From Kiloniellales bacterium (lineage in GTDB: Bacteria; Pseudomonadota; Alphaproteobacteria; Kiloniellales; JAKSDN01), in the NCBI GenBank assembly GCA_050330055.1, contig JBHJOF010000078.1, forward strand, positions 21,300 to 85,299: a DNA stretch of 64,000 nt, in the 5' to 3' direction. Of the stretch, positions 17,761-26,210 are shown in pieces. How positions within the stretch are numbered: position 1 is the first letter of the stretch; the number at the start of each line of letters is the position of its first letter. A program made the translations under genes and the position numbers. Under the pieces are notes generated by a model. It had not been told where the DNA came from. It saw only the letters and a program-made list of their open reading frames with translations, and made no database searches.

Positions 17761-18843
17761 CTACTCGCCCACCGCGACGGGCTTCCAGATCTTTTCCGGC
17801 GGCCACATGTCGGCTTCCACGAAGGCCTTCTTCGCGCCCGGATGGATGTTGTCCTTGTACGTCCAGTCGAAAGCGAAGGGCGAGACCATCGTCTGAGGAG
17901 TCCAGAGTTGGCCGATAGTGCTCATCGCGCCGGCTTTGGGTCCGATCTCGATGAACGCCTTGGTCAGCTCGTAGGCCAACTCCTCCGGGAAGTCCTTGTG
18001 CACGCTCCGGGTGCCGATGTCCGCAAAGATATTGAACGGCTCGGGTTGATTGGGCAGCGTGTTGGGTGGGAGCTCAACGGAGTACAACGGTACGCCGGTA
18101 TCCTTGACGAGCTTGTTAATGATGTCCGGCGGCCACTCCAGCATGTGGTAGCTCCTGCCCGAGGCGGCGATCCGCGTCACGGTGGGACCGACCTGGATCT
18201 TCGTTACTGGCGGCACGTTCACGTTGCACGACAGCATCGCGGCCTTGACCTTGCCGTCGAAGAGCGCATCCAGCGCCTTCACCGGTCCGAGGCTTTGGAG
18301 CGGTGCGTTGTCGTAAGTCATCCCGTATGCTTTATCGAGCACGAAGGACAGGAGACCGCCCCAGTGGGTCTGCGTCTTGAGGCCAACGCCGATCGGCTGT
18401 CCCTTGAGGTCTTCGACCTTCTTGATGTTTTCATCAAACGTGACAAGCCAGACTTGCCCGAGCATGTATTCCCCAAAGAGGTGGAGAAAGTCGTCGCACG
18501 GCAGCGGCTCGGGGAAGAAGGGCTTGTAGGCGTTCTCGGCGAGATATATGGCCCCGGTCGAGGAGCCGAAGGTTGCGGTCTTCTGCAGGTTCTTGTCCGT
18601 CGCCATGACCTTCAGGTTGTGCACGTAGCCGCCGGTTTCCTGCTGCACGGGCCGCAGCCACTCGTGGTTCTGGGCGACGAAGCGGTCGAAGATGATGAAA
18701 CCCTCCCAGCCGCCGCCCAGCGGATACTGGAGGAAGGGCACCCGCACCTCATCACGTGCGGCTAGGCGAGCCGGCCAGGCCCCGACGGCCAAGGGCGCCG
18801 CCGCCAGTGCCATCTTGGTTACCTGTCTGCGTGTGTACCTCAT
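17761..18843 (-). CDS. TAXI-family TRAP transporter solute-binding protein (Tat/Sec signal)
   Basis: The start was moved to MRYTRRQVTKMALAAAPLAVGAWPARLAA (GGAGG sits 8 nt upstream). Size and sequence style fit the TAXI (immunogenic-protein) receptor family. Confidence 0.8.
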   Translation of the reverse strand: MRYTRRQVTKMALAAAPLAVGAWPARLAARDEVRVPFLQYPLGGGWEGFIIFDRFVAQNHEWLRPVQQETGGYVHNLKVMATDKNLQKTATFGSSTGAIYLAENAYKPFFPEPLPCDDFLHLFGEYMLGQVWLVTFDENIKKVEDLKGQPIGVGLKTQTHWGGLLSFVLDKAYGMTYDNAPLQSLGPVKALDALFDGKVKAAMLSCNVNVPPVTKIQVGPTVTRIAASGRSYHMLEWPPDIINKLVKDTGVPLYSVELPPNTLPNQPEPFNIFADIGTRSVHKDFPEELAYELTKAFIEIGPKAGAMSTIGQLWTPQTMVSPFAFDWTYKDNIHPGAKKAFVEADMWPPEKIWKPVAVGE

Positions 18844-19012
18844 TTTCGTCACCTCCTAGTGAGATCCGTATTCAGGATACGACGGCGGGTTCACGCCAAT
18901 CGGGCGAGGCGCCCTGCAGGCCGATCTGGAACTCAACCGTTGAGCGCTTGGACAGGAGCTTCTTCCAAAGCTCCCTGCCTTTAATCACGCCGCCCGACCT
19001 GGATTCGGTGAA

Positions 19013-19156
19013 TTAGGGCTGATAGACGACCGTCTGCTCGACGGGGTCCCCGACGTTTCCATACCTTTGCGCCGCGGCCGGCTAAACCGCGCAAACGGCA
19101 GCGCCTCCCAAAAGGAATACGCTAACGCAAAGGATCCTGTTCAATTTCATTGGCAT
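19013..19156 (-). pseudogene. Mini-ORF with very strong SD encoding a signal-peptide-like 24-mer, then an in-frame TAG, then 22 more sense codons to a TAA
   Basis: GGGAGGAAACC-ATG, then MPMKLNRILCVSVFLLGGAAVCAV-TAG-PAAAQRYGNVGDPVEQTVVYQP-TAA, read from the reverse strand. The TAG is at 19084-19082. Confidence 0.3.
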
Positions 19157-19802
19157 GGTTTCCTCCCTTTGTTCTTCTGTCGCCGGACTAGCGGTCTTGT
19201 TGTCGCCGGGATGTTGTGCTCGGATCACCTTTCGTCGATCGCGTTTCGGCTGCTGGACGCACGCTTTGCGCCGCTTCTACATCCGCCCGCAACATTGCGC
19301 GCAGCATGTGGCAATATGGCGCAGCGCCATCAGAGTAGTTCAATAGATGCTTGTATAACAGGCAAGTACGCTACGGCGCTTTTGTAAATTCGTTCTTTCT
19401 GATGATTCCATACGCACCGGCTATGGCTGTAACGGGAGCAGCAATAAGTGGTTGCCGAGGCTGGTTCGGCCGCGGGCCAGCAAGGCCCGCCGGGCGGGCC
19501 GAGGCGTGCGCCGGCGATATGGCGCCGGCAGGCCGCGCCGCCGACTGCCGCTCCCATCTATCACCCGATAAATACTTTCGATTTTACCTGACAGGGCGAC
19601 TTGCTGATGGTTCCCATAGAAGGCCCTGCTTGCGGCGCGACGATGCTGGCGGCGCTCGCCCTGTTGGTATGCCAGCTGGCGCCTGCAACCCTGGCAGGAG
19701 CCGACCGCAGCCGGGTGGAAGATCGGCCCGGGCGGCGGGCGGCCGAGGCATCCTGAACTCGAGGCATCTTGAACTGAGGACTCTGCACCAAGGAGATGGG
19801 CG

Positions 19803-21038
19803 ATGGCCAGGACAGCGAAGCAGTGGAATCGCAAGCCTGACTTGAACGCGGTCGAGTATGTCGATAGCCGAATCTACACCGATGAGGCGATCTTCGAGCA
19901 GGAGCTCGAGAAGATCTGGAAGAGGACCTGGGTCCTGGCCTGCCACGAGTCCGAGCTCCCGGCGGCCTACGACTTCCGGACCATGACGATCGCCCGCGAG
20001 CCGATCGTCATCTGCCGCGGCGAGGACGAGAAGGTGCGCGCCTTCCTCAACGTCTGCCCGCACCGGGCGAACCTGATCGTGCGGGCGCCGGCCGGCAGCT
20101 TCGCCGTCGGCGAGCCCTCCGGCAATCCCAAGCGCATGACCTGCATGTTCCATGGCTGGCAGTTCAGCATGAAGGGCGAATGCACCGAGATCACCCGCAT
20201 GAAGCAGGGCTACCAGGAGCGGCTCGGCAAGGACGACGTCAGCCTGCGCGAGCTGCGTTGCGAGGTAGGATACGGCGGTTTCGTCTGGGTCACCCTGGAT
20301 GACGAAGCGATGTCACTCAGGGACTTCGTCGGCTCTTCGCTCGACTTCCTGATGACCGAGCTGGAGAGCGAGCCGCTCGAGGTCTTCCACTATCACAAGT
20401 CGATCATCGACTCGAACTACAAGCTGTGGCACGACACCAACAGCGAATTCTACCACGACTACATGCACTACCATAACCGGGTCACCAGCATGATGCAGCC
20501 CGGCTACTTCGACCGAAAATACACCGCTTTTGCCAACGGCCATGCCTCGGTCGGCTCGATGGAGGTGAGGTACGACGCCTACCACGGCTTCCAGAGCCGC
20601 GACCTGTCGTTCCCGGGCATGCCGCGCAACGGCTGGAAGATGGTCGACATGTTCCCCGGTTATACCTACAACCTGCGCGGCTCCTCCCTGCGCATCGACA
20701 CCATGACGCCAATCAGCGCCAACAAGGTCATGATCGAGTTCCGCGGCCTCGGCCTCAAGAAGGACACTCCGGAAGAGCGACGCCAGCGCATCCGGGACCA
20801 CAACACCATCTGGGGTCCCTTCGGCCGCAACCTGCACGAGGATCTGCTCGGCATCACCGGTCAGGGCGTGGCCATGCGTCCGCACCAGGAGACGCGCTAC
20901 GTGCTGCACGGGCGGCACGAGGACAACACGATTCACGACGAGATCGGCATGCGCCACTACTACGAGGAATGGAGCCGCCGGATGGGAATCTCGCCGATCG
21001 ATCCGGCCGTGAAGCTGGCAAGCGCCGCGGCGGAATAA
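19803..21038 (+). CDS. msmA: Rieske non-haem-iron oxygenase large subunit, methanesulfonate monooxygenase MsmA-like
   Basis: 411 aa with AAGGAG 7 nt upstream. The Rieske motif is CPH-(26 aa)-CMFH (nt 20055-20153), the unusually long spacer reported for MsmA. A mononuclear Fe region is present (NSEFYHDYMHYH). Confidence 0.8.
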   Translation: MARTAKQWNRKPDLNAVEYVDSRIYTDEAIFEQELEKIWKRTWVLACHESELPAAYDFRTMTIAREPIVICRGEDEKVRAFLNVCPHRANLIVRAPAGSFAVGEPSGNPKRMTCMFHGWQFSMKGECTEITRMKQGYQERLGKDDVSLRELRCEVGYGGFVWVTLDDEAMSLRDFVGSSLDFLMTELESEPLEVFHYHKSIIDSNYKLWHDTNSEFYHDYMHYHNRVTSMMQPGYFDRKYTAFANGHASVGSMEVRYDAYHGFQSRDLSFPGMPRNGWKMVDMFPGYTYNLRGSSLRIDTMTPISANKVMIEFRGLGLKKDTPEERRQRIRDHNTIWGPFGRNLHEDLLGITGQGVAMRPHQETRYVLHGRHEDNTIHDEIGMRHYYEEWSRRMGISPIDPAVKLASAAAE

Positions 21039-21100
21039 GGCGCGAGACCCCTGGGCTCGCCGGTGGCGGCCGGTCCGGAGTCAGTTGGGAGGACACGAAA

Positions 21101-21601
21101 GTGGCTAAGAATGGCGCGGACCTGGAGTCGTCGGTTAGGGACTTGATCTATCGCTCCGTCGTCCTGATGGACGGACAGCAGGTCACCGAATGGCTCGAAG
21201 CGCTCTGCACGCCCGACTTCGAGTACCTGATCACCGCCTATAGCCATGAGATCAGGCGCGAGCAGGAATGGTTCCATGGCCGGCGCGACGAGCTGCTCGA
21301 CGTCGTCAAGATGATGCCCTACCACAACACCGACCACTCGCCCTTCACCCGGCATGTCAGCGTCTACACGGTCGACATCGACGAGTCGGGTAAGACCGCC
21401 GAGGCGATCAGCTCGCTGGTCGTCTATCAGAACATGTTCGACGGCATCAACTCGCACCTCGATTCGGGCGAGACGCGCCTGTTCTGCTCCGGCAAGTACT
21501 ACGACCGGGTGAGCCTGGAGGGCGATCGGCCGCGCCTGCTGCAGCGCAATGTCAGGCTGGATACCCGGCGCCTCGACAAGGGCTCGCATTTTCTCCTGTG
21601 A
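21101..21601 (+). CDS. msmB: Oxygenase small (beta) subunit, MsmB-like
   Basis: GTG start with GGAGGA 8 nt upstream, 166 aa (~19 kDa). The position and NTF2-like beta-subunit size match MsmB. Confidence 0.7.
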   Translation: MAKNGADLESSVRDLIYRSVVLMDGQQVTEWLEALCTPDFEYLITAYSHEIRREQEWFHGRRDELLDVVKMMPYHNTDHSPFTRHVSVYTVDIDESGKTAEAISSLVVYQNMFDGINSHLDSGETRLFCSGKYYDRVSLEGDRPRLLQRNVRLDTRRLDKGSHFLL

Positions 21602-21645
21602 GGTCGGTGGGGCCAAAATTCGAAGAGGGAGCGGAAACGTCCTTT

Positions 21646-21981
21646 ATGGGTTGGAAATACGTTTGCAAGGCCGATGAGCTGCAGGATCGCGGCCTGAAGC
21701 AGTTCGAGGTCGAGGGCGTGCCGATCCTGTTGGCGCGCCTGGGTGATGACTTCTTCGCCTACCCGCCGCTCTGCCCGCACCAGGAGGAGGTGCTGGCCGT
21801 CTCCGGCGTATGCGACGGCTCCACGCTCACCTGCACCAAACACCTCTGGCAGTGGGATATGCGCACCGGAAGCGAGATCGGATTGGCGGAAAAGCCGCTG
21901 CTCATGTACCAGGTGCGGCAGGACGGCAACGACGTCTCCGTCCTGATAGAGCAGGAGCTGAAGTATGACTATGACGATTGA
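21646..21981 (+). CDS. msmC: Rieske-type [2Fe-2S] ferredoxin, MsmC-like
   Basis: MGWKYVCKADEL..., with CPH at LCPHQEE and C-x2-H at CTKHLW. An alternative GTG start at 21598 overlaps the msmB stop. Confidence 0.78.
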   Translation: MGWKYVCKADELQDRGLKQFEVEGVPILLARLGDDFFAYPPLCPHQEEVLAVSGVCDGSTLTCTKHLWQWDMRTGSEIGLAEKPLLMYQVRQDGNDVSVLIEQELKYDYDD

Positions 21982-22131
21982 TCCGGCGGCGATGGCGTCG
22001 CTGGCGAGGCACTAGAACCCGGATGCGACGACGCTGGCGCCCTGCACGGAACGGCAGGCGCCCTCGCGGAGGTTCTGCAGCAATCACTCTCGCCCGCGCG
22101 GCGATTCCGCAGGGAGGCTGGAGGAGAGGCC

Positions 22132-23211
22132 ATGAAGGCCGTGGATGCCAGGCGCGGTGAACCGGCGATGAAGATCCGGGCCCGCACCAAGGAAGGCGAC
22201 TTCGCCTTCTCCTGCGAGCCGGGTGAGCGGATTCTCTACGCCGGCCTGCGTAACGGCGTGCCTCTGCCGTACGAATGCGCGACCGGCACCTGCGGCACCT
22301 GCAAAGCGCGCGGCAATGGCGCTGCGATCGACGAGCTGTGGCGCGAGGCGCCGGGCCGCTCCTTCCTCAAGCCGGAGCGCGGCGAGTTCCTGATGTGCCA
22401 GTCGGTCAGCGGCGGAAGCTGCGAGATCGAGGTGCCGGCCCGGTTGCAGCAGGCGCCGATGGCGGCCATCACGCCCGACTACCGCCGCGGCCGGATCAGC
22501 GGCATCCGGCGCTTGACCCACGACGTCATTTTCTTCGAGCTCGGCCTCGAGCGGACGATGCGCTACCACCCCGGCCAGTTCGTGGTGATGCGGGCGCCGG
22601 GCGTCGAGGGCTTTCGCGCCTACTCGATGGTCAATCACGAAGCGGAGACCGATTTTCTGCAGTTCGTGGTCAAGCGCAAGCCTCATGGCGCCTTCTGCGA
22701 CTGGCTGTTCGGCTGGCCCGCCGAGGGCACGGAGGTCGAAATATTCGGGCCGCTCGGCCGCGCCGTGTTCGACCCGGCGGAGGGCAAGAACCTGCTGGCG
22801 ATCGCCGGCGGATCGGGCATTGCCGGCATCATGGCGATCCTGGCCCGGGCCCGGCAAGGCGGCTACTTCGCCGCGCATAAGGGGGCCGTCTTCTTCGGCG
22901 TGCGTGGCTTGGCCGACGGCTTCTTCCTGGACGAGCTCGCTGACCACGTGGCCGCGGCGGCGGGGAACTTGAGCGTCACGGTCGCGCTCTCGCACGAAGA
23001 CCCGCCCGGCGGCGCGTACCCGGGCTATCCGAGTCTCGCCGCGGCCAGCGGCTTCGTGCATGTCGTGGCCGCCCAGAGCATTGCCCGGCATAGGGACAAT
23101 GCCGTCGCCTTTGTCGCCGGTCCACCGCCCATGGTCGATGGCGCCCTGCGTATGCTGATCATCGAGGCGCGCCTGCCGGCGGGCGACATCCGCTACGACA
23201 AGTTCGGCTGA
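22132..23211 (+). CDS. msmD: Plant-type [2Fe-2S] ferredoxin-NAD(P)H reductase component, MsmD-like
   Basis: N-terminal CATGTCGTC...C ferredoxin motif, an FNR-like flavin block (RAYSM), and an NAD block (LLAIAGGSGIAG). GGAGGAG sits 5 nt upstream of the ATG. Confidence 0.85.
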   Translation: MKAVDARRGEPAMKIRARTKEGDFAFSCEPGERILYAGLRNGVPLPYECATGTCGTCKARGNGAAIDELWREAPGRSFLKPERGEFLMCQSVSGGSCEIEVPARLQQAPMAAITPDYRRGRISGIRRLTHDVIFFELGLERTMRYHPGQFVVMRAPGVEGFRAYSMVNHEAETDFLQFVVKRKPHGAFCDWLFGWPAEGTEVEIFGPLGRAVFDPAEGKNLLAIAGGSGIAGIMAILARARQGGYFAAHKGAVFFGVRGLADGFFLDELADHVAAAAGNLSVTVALSHEDPPGGAYPGYPSLAAASGFVHVVAAQSIARHRDNAVAFVAGPPPMVDGALRMLIIEARLPAGDIRYDKFG

Positions 23212-23227
23212 TGCACGGAGACGTGAG

Positions 23228-23674
23228 ATGGTTGACAGTGCCGACTTGACCGAGCGCCTGCAGAGGGCCGACTTCCTGCGCGACGTATCACCCGCCAGCC
23301 TCGCCAAGATCGCGCGCATCGCCGAGCGCGAGAGCTTCGCCGAGGGCGATGCGATCTATCAGCTCGGCGATCCGGCCGAGGACCTCTTCATCGTCGAGTC
23401 GGGCCGTATCCGCTTCGCGCTCGGCGTCGGCAACCGCGGCGGGACCAGTGGCTCGGTCATTTCCCAGGGCCAGGTGGTCGGCTGGGCCGCCGTGCTCGAG
23501 GACCAGCCGCGCCTGCTGGCCACGGCCGTTTGCCTCGAGGACTCCCAGGTCATCCGGATCAACGGCGCCAAGCTGCTCGCCGTCTTCGACCACGATACGA
23601 CCTCGGGCTATGCGGTGATGCGGCGCCTCGCCACCATGATCGCGCACGACCTGACCGAGGTGCTGACTGCTTGA
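23228..23674 (+). CDS. Stand-alone cyclic-nucleotide-binding (CAP effector) domain protein, no DNA-binding domain
   Basis: 148 aa, starting 16 nt after msmD. Typical blocks FAEGDAIYQLGDPAEDLFIVESGRIRF and GQVVGW.. are present. It ends before any HTH. Confidence 0.78.
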   Translation: MVDSADLTERLQRADFLRDVSPASLAKIARIAERESFAEGDAIYQLGDPAEDLFIVESGRIRFALGVGNRGGTSGSVISQGQVVGWAAVLEDQPRLLATAVCLEDSQVIRINGAKLLAVFDHDTTSGYAVMRRLATMIAHDLTEVLTA

Positions 23675-24121
23675 GCGCCGCGTCCGACCGCCGCCGGCCT
23701 ACAGTCGGATGTCTCACGACGGTGTGATGATGCAGTCCGGCGCGTCGATACCTAGCGTCAATGAAACAATATTGAGCATGAAATTGACGCTTCCTCGCTT
23801 CCCTAGCACGCTTTGTCGTTCGCTGGTGACGGTGGGGACTGCGGCCACGCCCGTGGCGGATGGGCAACGGGCAGGGCGGCCGTCCTTAGACCCAAATGTC
23901 AACTTCCATCGATAACAGTCGATGATGAATCGTCCGGCCACGACAATCGGGCCCATAAACGGGGTCCGCGACACTAGGGAGGGACAAATATGGGCGCAGG
24001 GTTTGGCCCTGATGCGTACGACGAAAAAACCCGTCGCATGATTCAGGGGATGATCGAAGCCGAGCAGCAGGCACTCGCCGCACGCAAGGCCGAGCTCGAG
24101 GACTGCGAGTGCAAGGAGGGC

Positions 24122-25384
24122 ATGTTTCCCAATCCGGGCCGGCGCGGCCTCCTGATGGGAGCGGCTGCCCTGGGCGGTGCGCTCTTGGCCGGGCGCGCGG
24201 CGCAGGCGGATGCGCCGCCCGGCGCCATCGAGTATCCCGAGCTGCCGGATCCGACCAAGGCACTGGGCCGGCCGGTCAATGCCAACGGCGGCTATGGAAC
24301 GCGCGCGCAGTTCGAATCCGAGGTGCGCTGGCGTTTCCCGACGGCCACCGAGGAAACCTCCTGGACCATGACGCCGCTCGACAAGAGCCAGGGCATCATC
24401 ACGCCGTCCGGACTGCACTTCGAGCGCCATCACGGCGGCGTGCCGGTGATTGATCCGGCCAAGCACAGGCTGCTGGTGCACGGCGTGGTGAAGCAGCCCA
24501 AGATGTTCACCATGGCCGATCTGAAGCGCTATCCCTCGGTCTCGCGCATGTACTTCATCGAGTGCTCGGGCAACGGCCTGACGGAATGGAGCAAGCCGAC
24601 ACTGAAGACGGTGCAGGGTACGCATGGGCTGACCAGCACCTCGGAGTGGACCGGGATTCAGCTTTCGACCATTCTTGCCGAATGCGGCCTGCAGGACGGT
24701 GCCGCCTGGGTCCTGGCCGAGGGCGCCGACGCAGCGGTCATGACCCGCAGCATTCCGCTCGACAAGTGCATGGGTGATGCCATTCTGGCCTTCGGCCAGA
24801 ACGGCGAGATGCTGCGGCCCGAGCAGGGCTATCCGCTGCGCCTGCTGCTGCCGGGCTGGGAAGGCAACACGCACATCAAGTGGCTGCGCCGCCTCGAAGT
24901 CAGCGACAAGCCCTTCATGAGCCGCGAGGAGACCTCCAAGTACACGGACCTGCTGGCCGACGGCAAGGCGCGGCAGTTCTCCTTCACCATGGAGGCCAAG
25001 TCGGTCATCAACTTCCCGTCGGGCGAAATGAAGCTGCCCGGACCGGGCTTCTACGAGATTACCGGCCTCGGCTGGTCCGGGCGCGGCCGGGTCGAGCGCG
25101 TCGAGGTCTCGACGGATGGGGGCAAGTCGTGGGGCGTGGCTTCGCTGCAGGACCCCATCATGCCGATCTGCCACACGCGCTTCCGCTTCCCCTGGGTGTG
25201 GGACGGGCAGCCGACCGTGCTGCAGAGCCGTTGCACTGACGAGACGGGCTACGTGCAGCCGACCTTGAAGCAGTTGGTCGAGGTGCGCGGCCTGAACGGC
25301 CCGATCGGCTCGATCTATCACCTGAACGCCATCCAGAGCTGGGCGGTGGCAAGCGATGGGAGCGTCAGCAATGTCCACGGGTAA
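24122..25384 (+). CDS. Molybdopterin sulfite dehydrogenase catalytic subunit (SoxC/SorA-like), Tat-exported
   Basis: Tat signal GRRGLLMGAAALGGALLAGRAAQA. Family blocks: FERHHGG, YFIECSGNG, GYPLRLLLPGWEGN, and a C-terminal dimerisation domain. The start was chosen at 24122 (AAGGAGG 3 nt upstream). An in-frame alternative at 23990 also has a strong SD. Confidence 0.88.
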   Translation: MFPNPGRRGLLMGAAALGGALLAGRAAQADAPPGAIEYPELPDPTKALGRPVNANGGYGTRAQFESEVRWRFPTATEETSWTMTPLDKSQGIITPSGLHFERHHGGVPVIDPAKHRLLVHGVVKQPKMFTMADLKRYPSVSRMYFIECSGNGLTEWSKPTLKTVQGTHGLTSTSEWTGIQLSTILAECGLQDGAAWVLAEGADAAVMTRSIPLDKCMGDAILAFGQNGEMLRPEQGYPLRLLLPGWEGNTHIKWLRRLEVSDKPFMSREETSKYTDLLADGKARQFSFTMEAKSVINFPSGEMKLPGPGFYEITGLGWSGRGRVERVEVSTDGGKSWGVASLQDPIMPICHTRFRFPWVWDGQPTVLQSRCTDETGYVQPTLKQLVEVRGLNGPIGSIYHLNAIQSWAVASDGSVSNVHG

Positions 25385-25946
25385 GATGAAGCTGGGCCTG
25401 ACCGCGCTTGTCGCTGGCTTGGCCCTGGGTGCCAGTCACGCCTGGTCGGGTGGCGGCTATCAGGTCACCTATGGTTTCGGCCAGCCGGCGAGCGAGGCCG
25501 AAATCGCCGCCCTGGCGATCGCGATTCCGCCTGACGGCGAGCACCTGCCGCCGGGCAGCGGCACCTGGGAACAGGGTAAGCAGGTTTACGTCGAGAAGTG
25601 CGCGGCCTGCCATGGCGAGCAACTCGAGGGCGTGAAGGAGACCGGCGGCGATCCCCTGATCGGCGGCCGTGGCTCGCTCGACAGCGGCAGCCCGAAGAAG
25701 ACGGTCGAGAGCTTCTGGCCCTATGCCACAACGGTATTCGATTTCGTGCGCCGGGCCATGCCCTTCGCCGAGCCGGGCTCGCTCACCGACGACGAGGTCT
25801 ATGCCGTGACAGCCTACATTCTCGCCGAGGGCGACATCATCGCCAAGGACCAGATGATGAACGCGGAGACGCTGCCCAAGGTGCAGATGCCGAACCGGGA
25901 CGGCTTCATCCCGGATCCTCGGCCGGACGTCTTCAACTACAACTAA
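25371..25946 (+). CDS. Mono-haem cytochrome c subunit of the sulfite dehydrogenase (SoxD/SorB-like)
   Basis: Signal peptide MSTGKMKLGLTALVAGLALGASHA and a single CAACH haem motif. It overlaps the end of the Mo-subunit gene. Confidence 0.85.
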   Translation: MSTGKMKLGLTALVAGLALGASHAWSGGGYQVTYGFGQPASEAEIAALAIAIPPDGEHLPPGSGTWEQGKQVYVEKCAACHGEQLEGVKETGGDPLIGGRGSLDSGSPKKTVESFWPYATTVFDFVRRAMPFAEPGSLTDDEVYAVTAYILAEGDIIAKDQMMNAETLPKVQMPNRDGFIPDPRPDVFNYN

Positions 25947-25997
25947 GCTGGGCTGGAAGAGAGGCCCGTCCTCCCACTGGGTTCATCGAACTGAAAA

Positions 25998-26035
25998 GGG
26001 GCGGCTCCACGAAAGAGCCGCCCCGCCCTTTTTTT
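25998..26035 (+). terminator. Rho-independent terminator after the sulfite dehydrogenase genes
   Basis: GGGGCGGCTC-cacgaaa-GAGCCGCCCC followed by GCCCTTTTTTT. Confidence 0.85.
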
Positions 26036-26056
26036 GACGTCGCACGCCGCGCTAGA

Positions 26057-26209
26057 GCAAAGTCCGTTCACGCGTGATCACCGTACAGGTCCTCATGCTT
26101 CGACAGGCTCAGCATGAGGGGCTTGTGCTGATCCAGCACAAGCCCTCCTCACCCTGAGCTTGTCGAAGGGTGAGGAACGCTACGCCGATATAATCTGAGC
26201 GGACTATGC
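26057..26209. repeat. Second MITE-like element sharing the CATGCTTCGACAGGCTCAGCATGAGG / CTGAGCTTGTCGAAGG core but with different termini
   Basis: The ends form an imperfect inverted repeat: GCAAAGTCCGTTCA at the left end and TGAGCGGACTATGC at the right end. It sits exactly between the terminator and the stop of the convergent panB-like gene. Confidence 0.5.
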
Positions 26210-26210
26210 A

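Noticed and set aside
19607-19756. 49-aa plus-strand ORF with a signal-peptide-like core (MVPIEGPACGATMLAALALLVCQLAPATLAG...) in the 640-bp msmA upstream region, and a TGGCGC-A-GCGCCA palindrome at about 19316-19328.
   Set aside because: The ORF has no SD and a GC-driven composition. Short GC-rich palindromes are expected by chance at this base composition.
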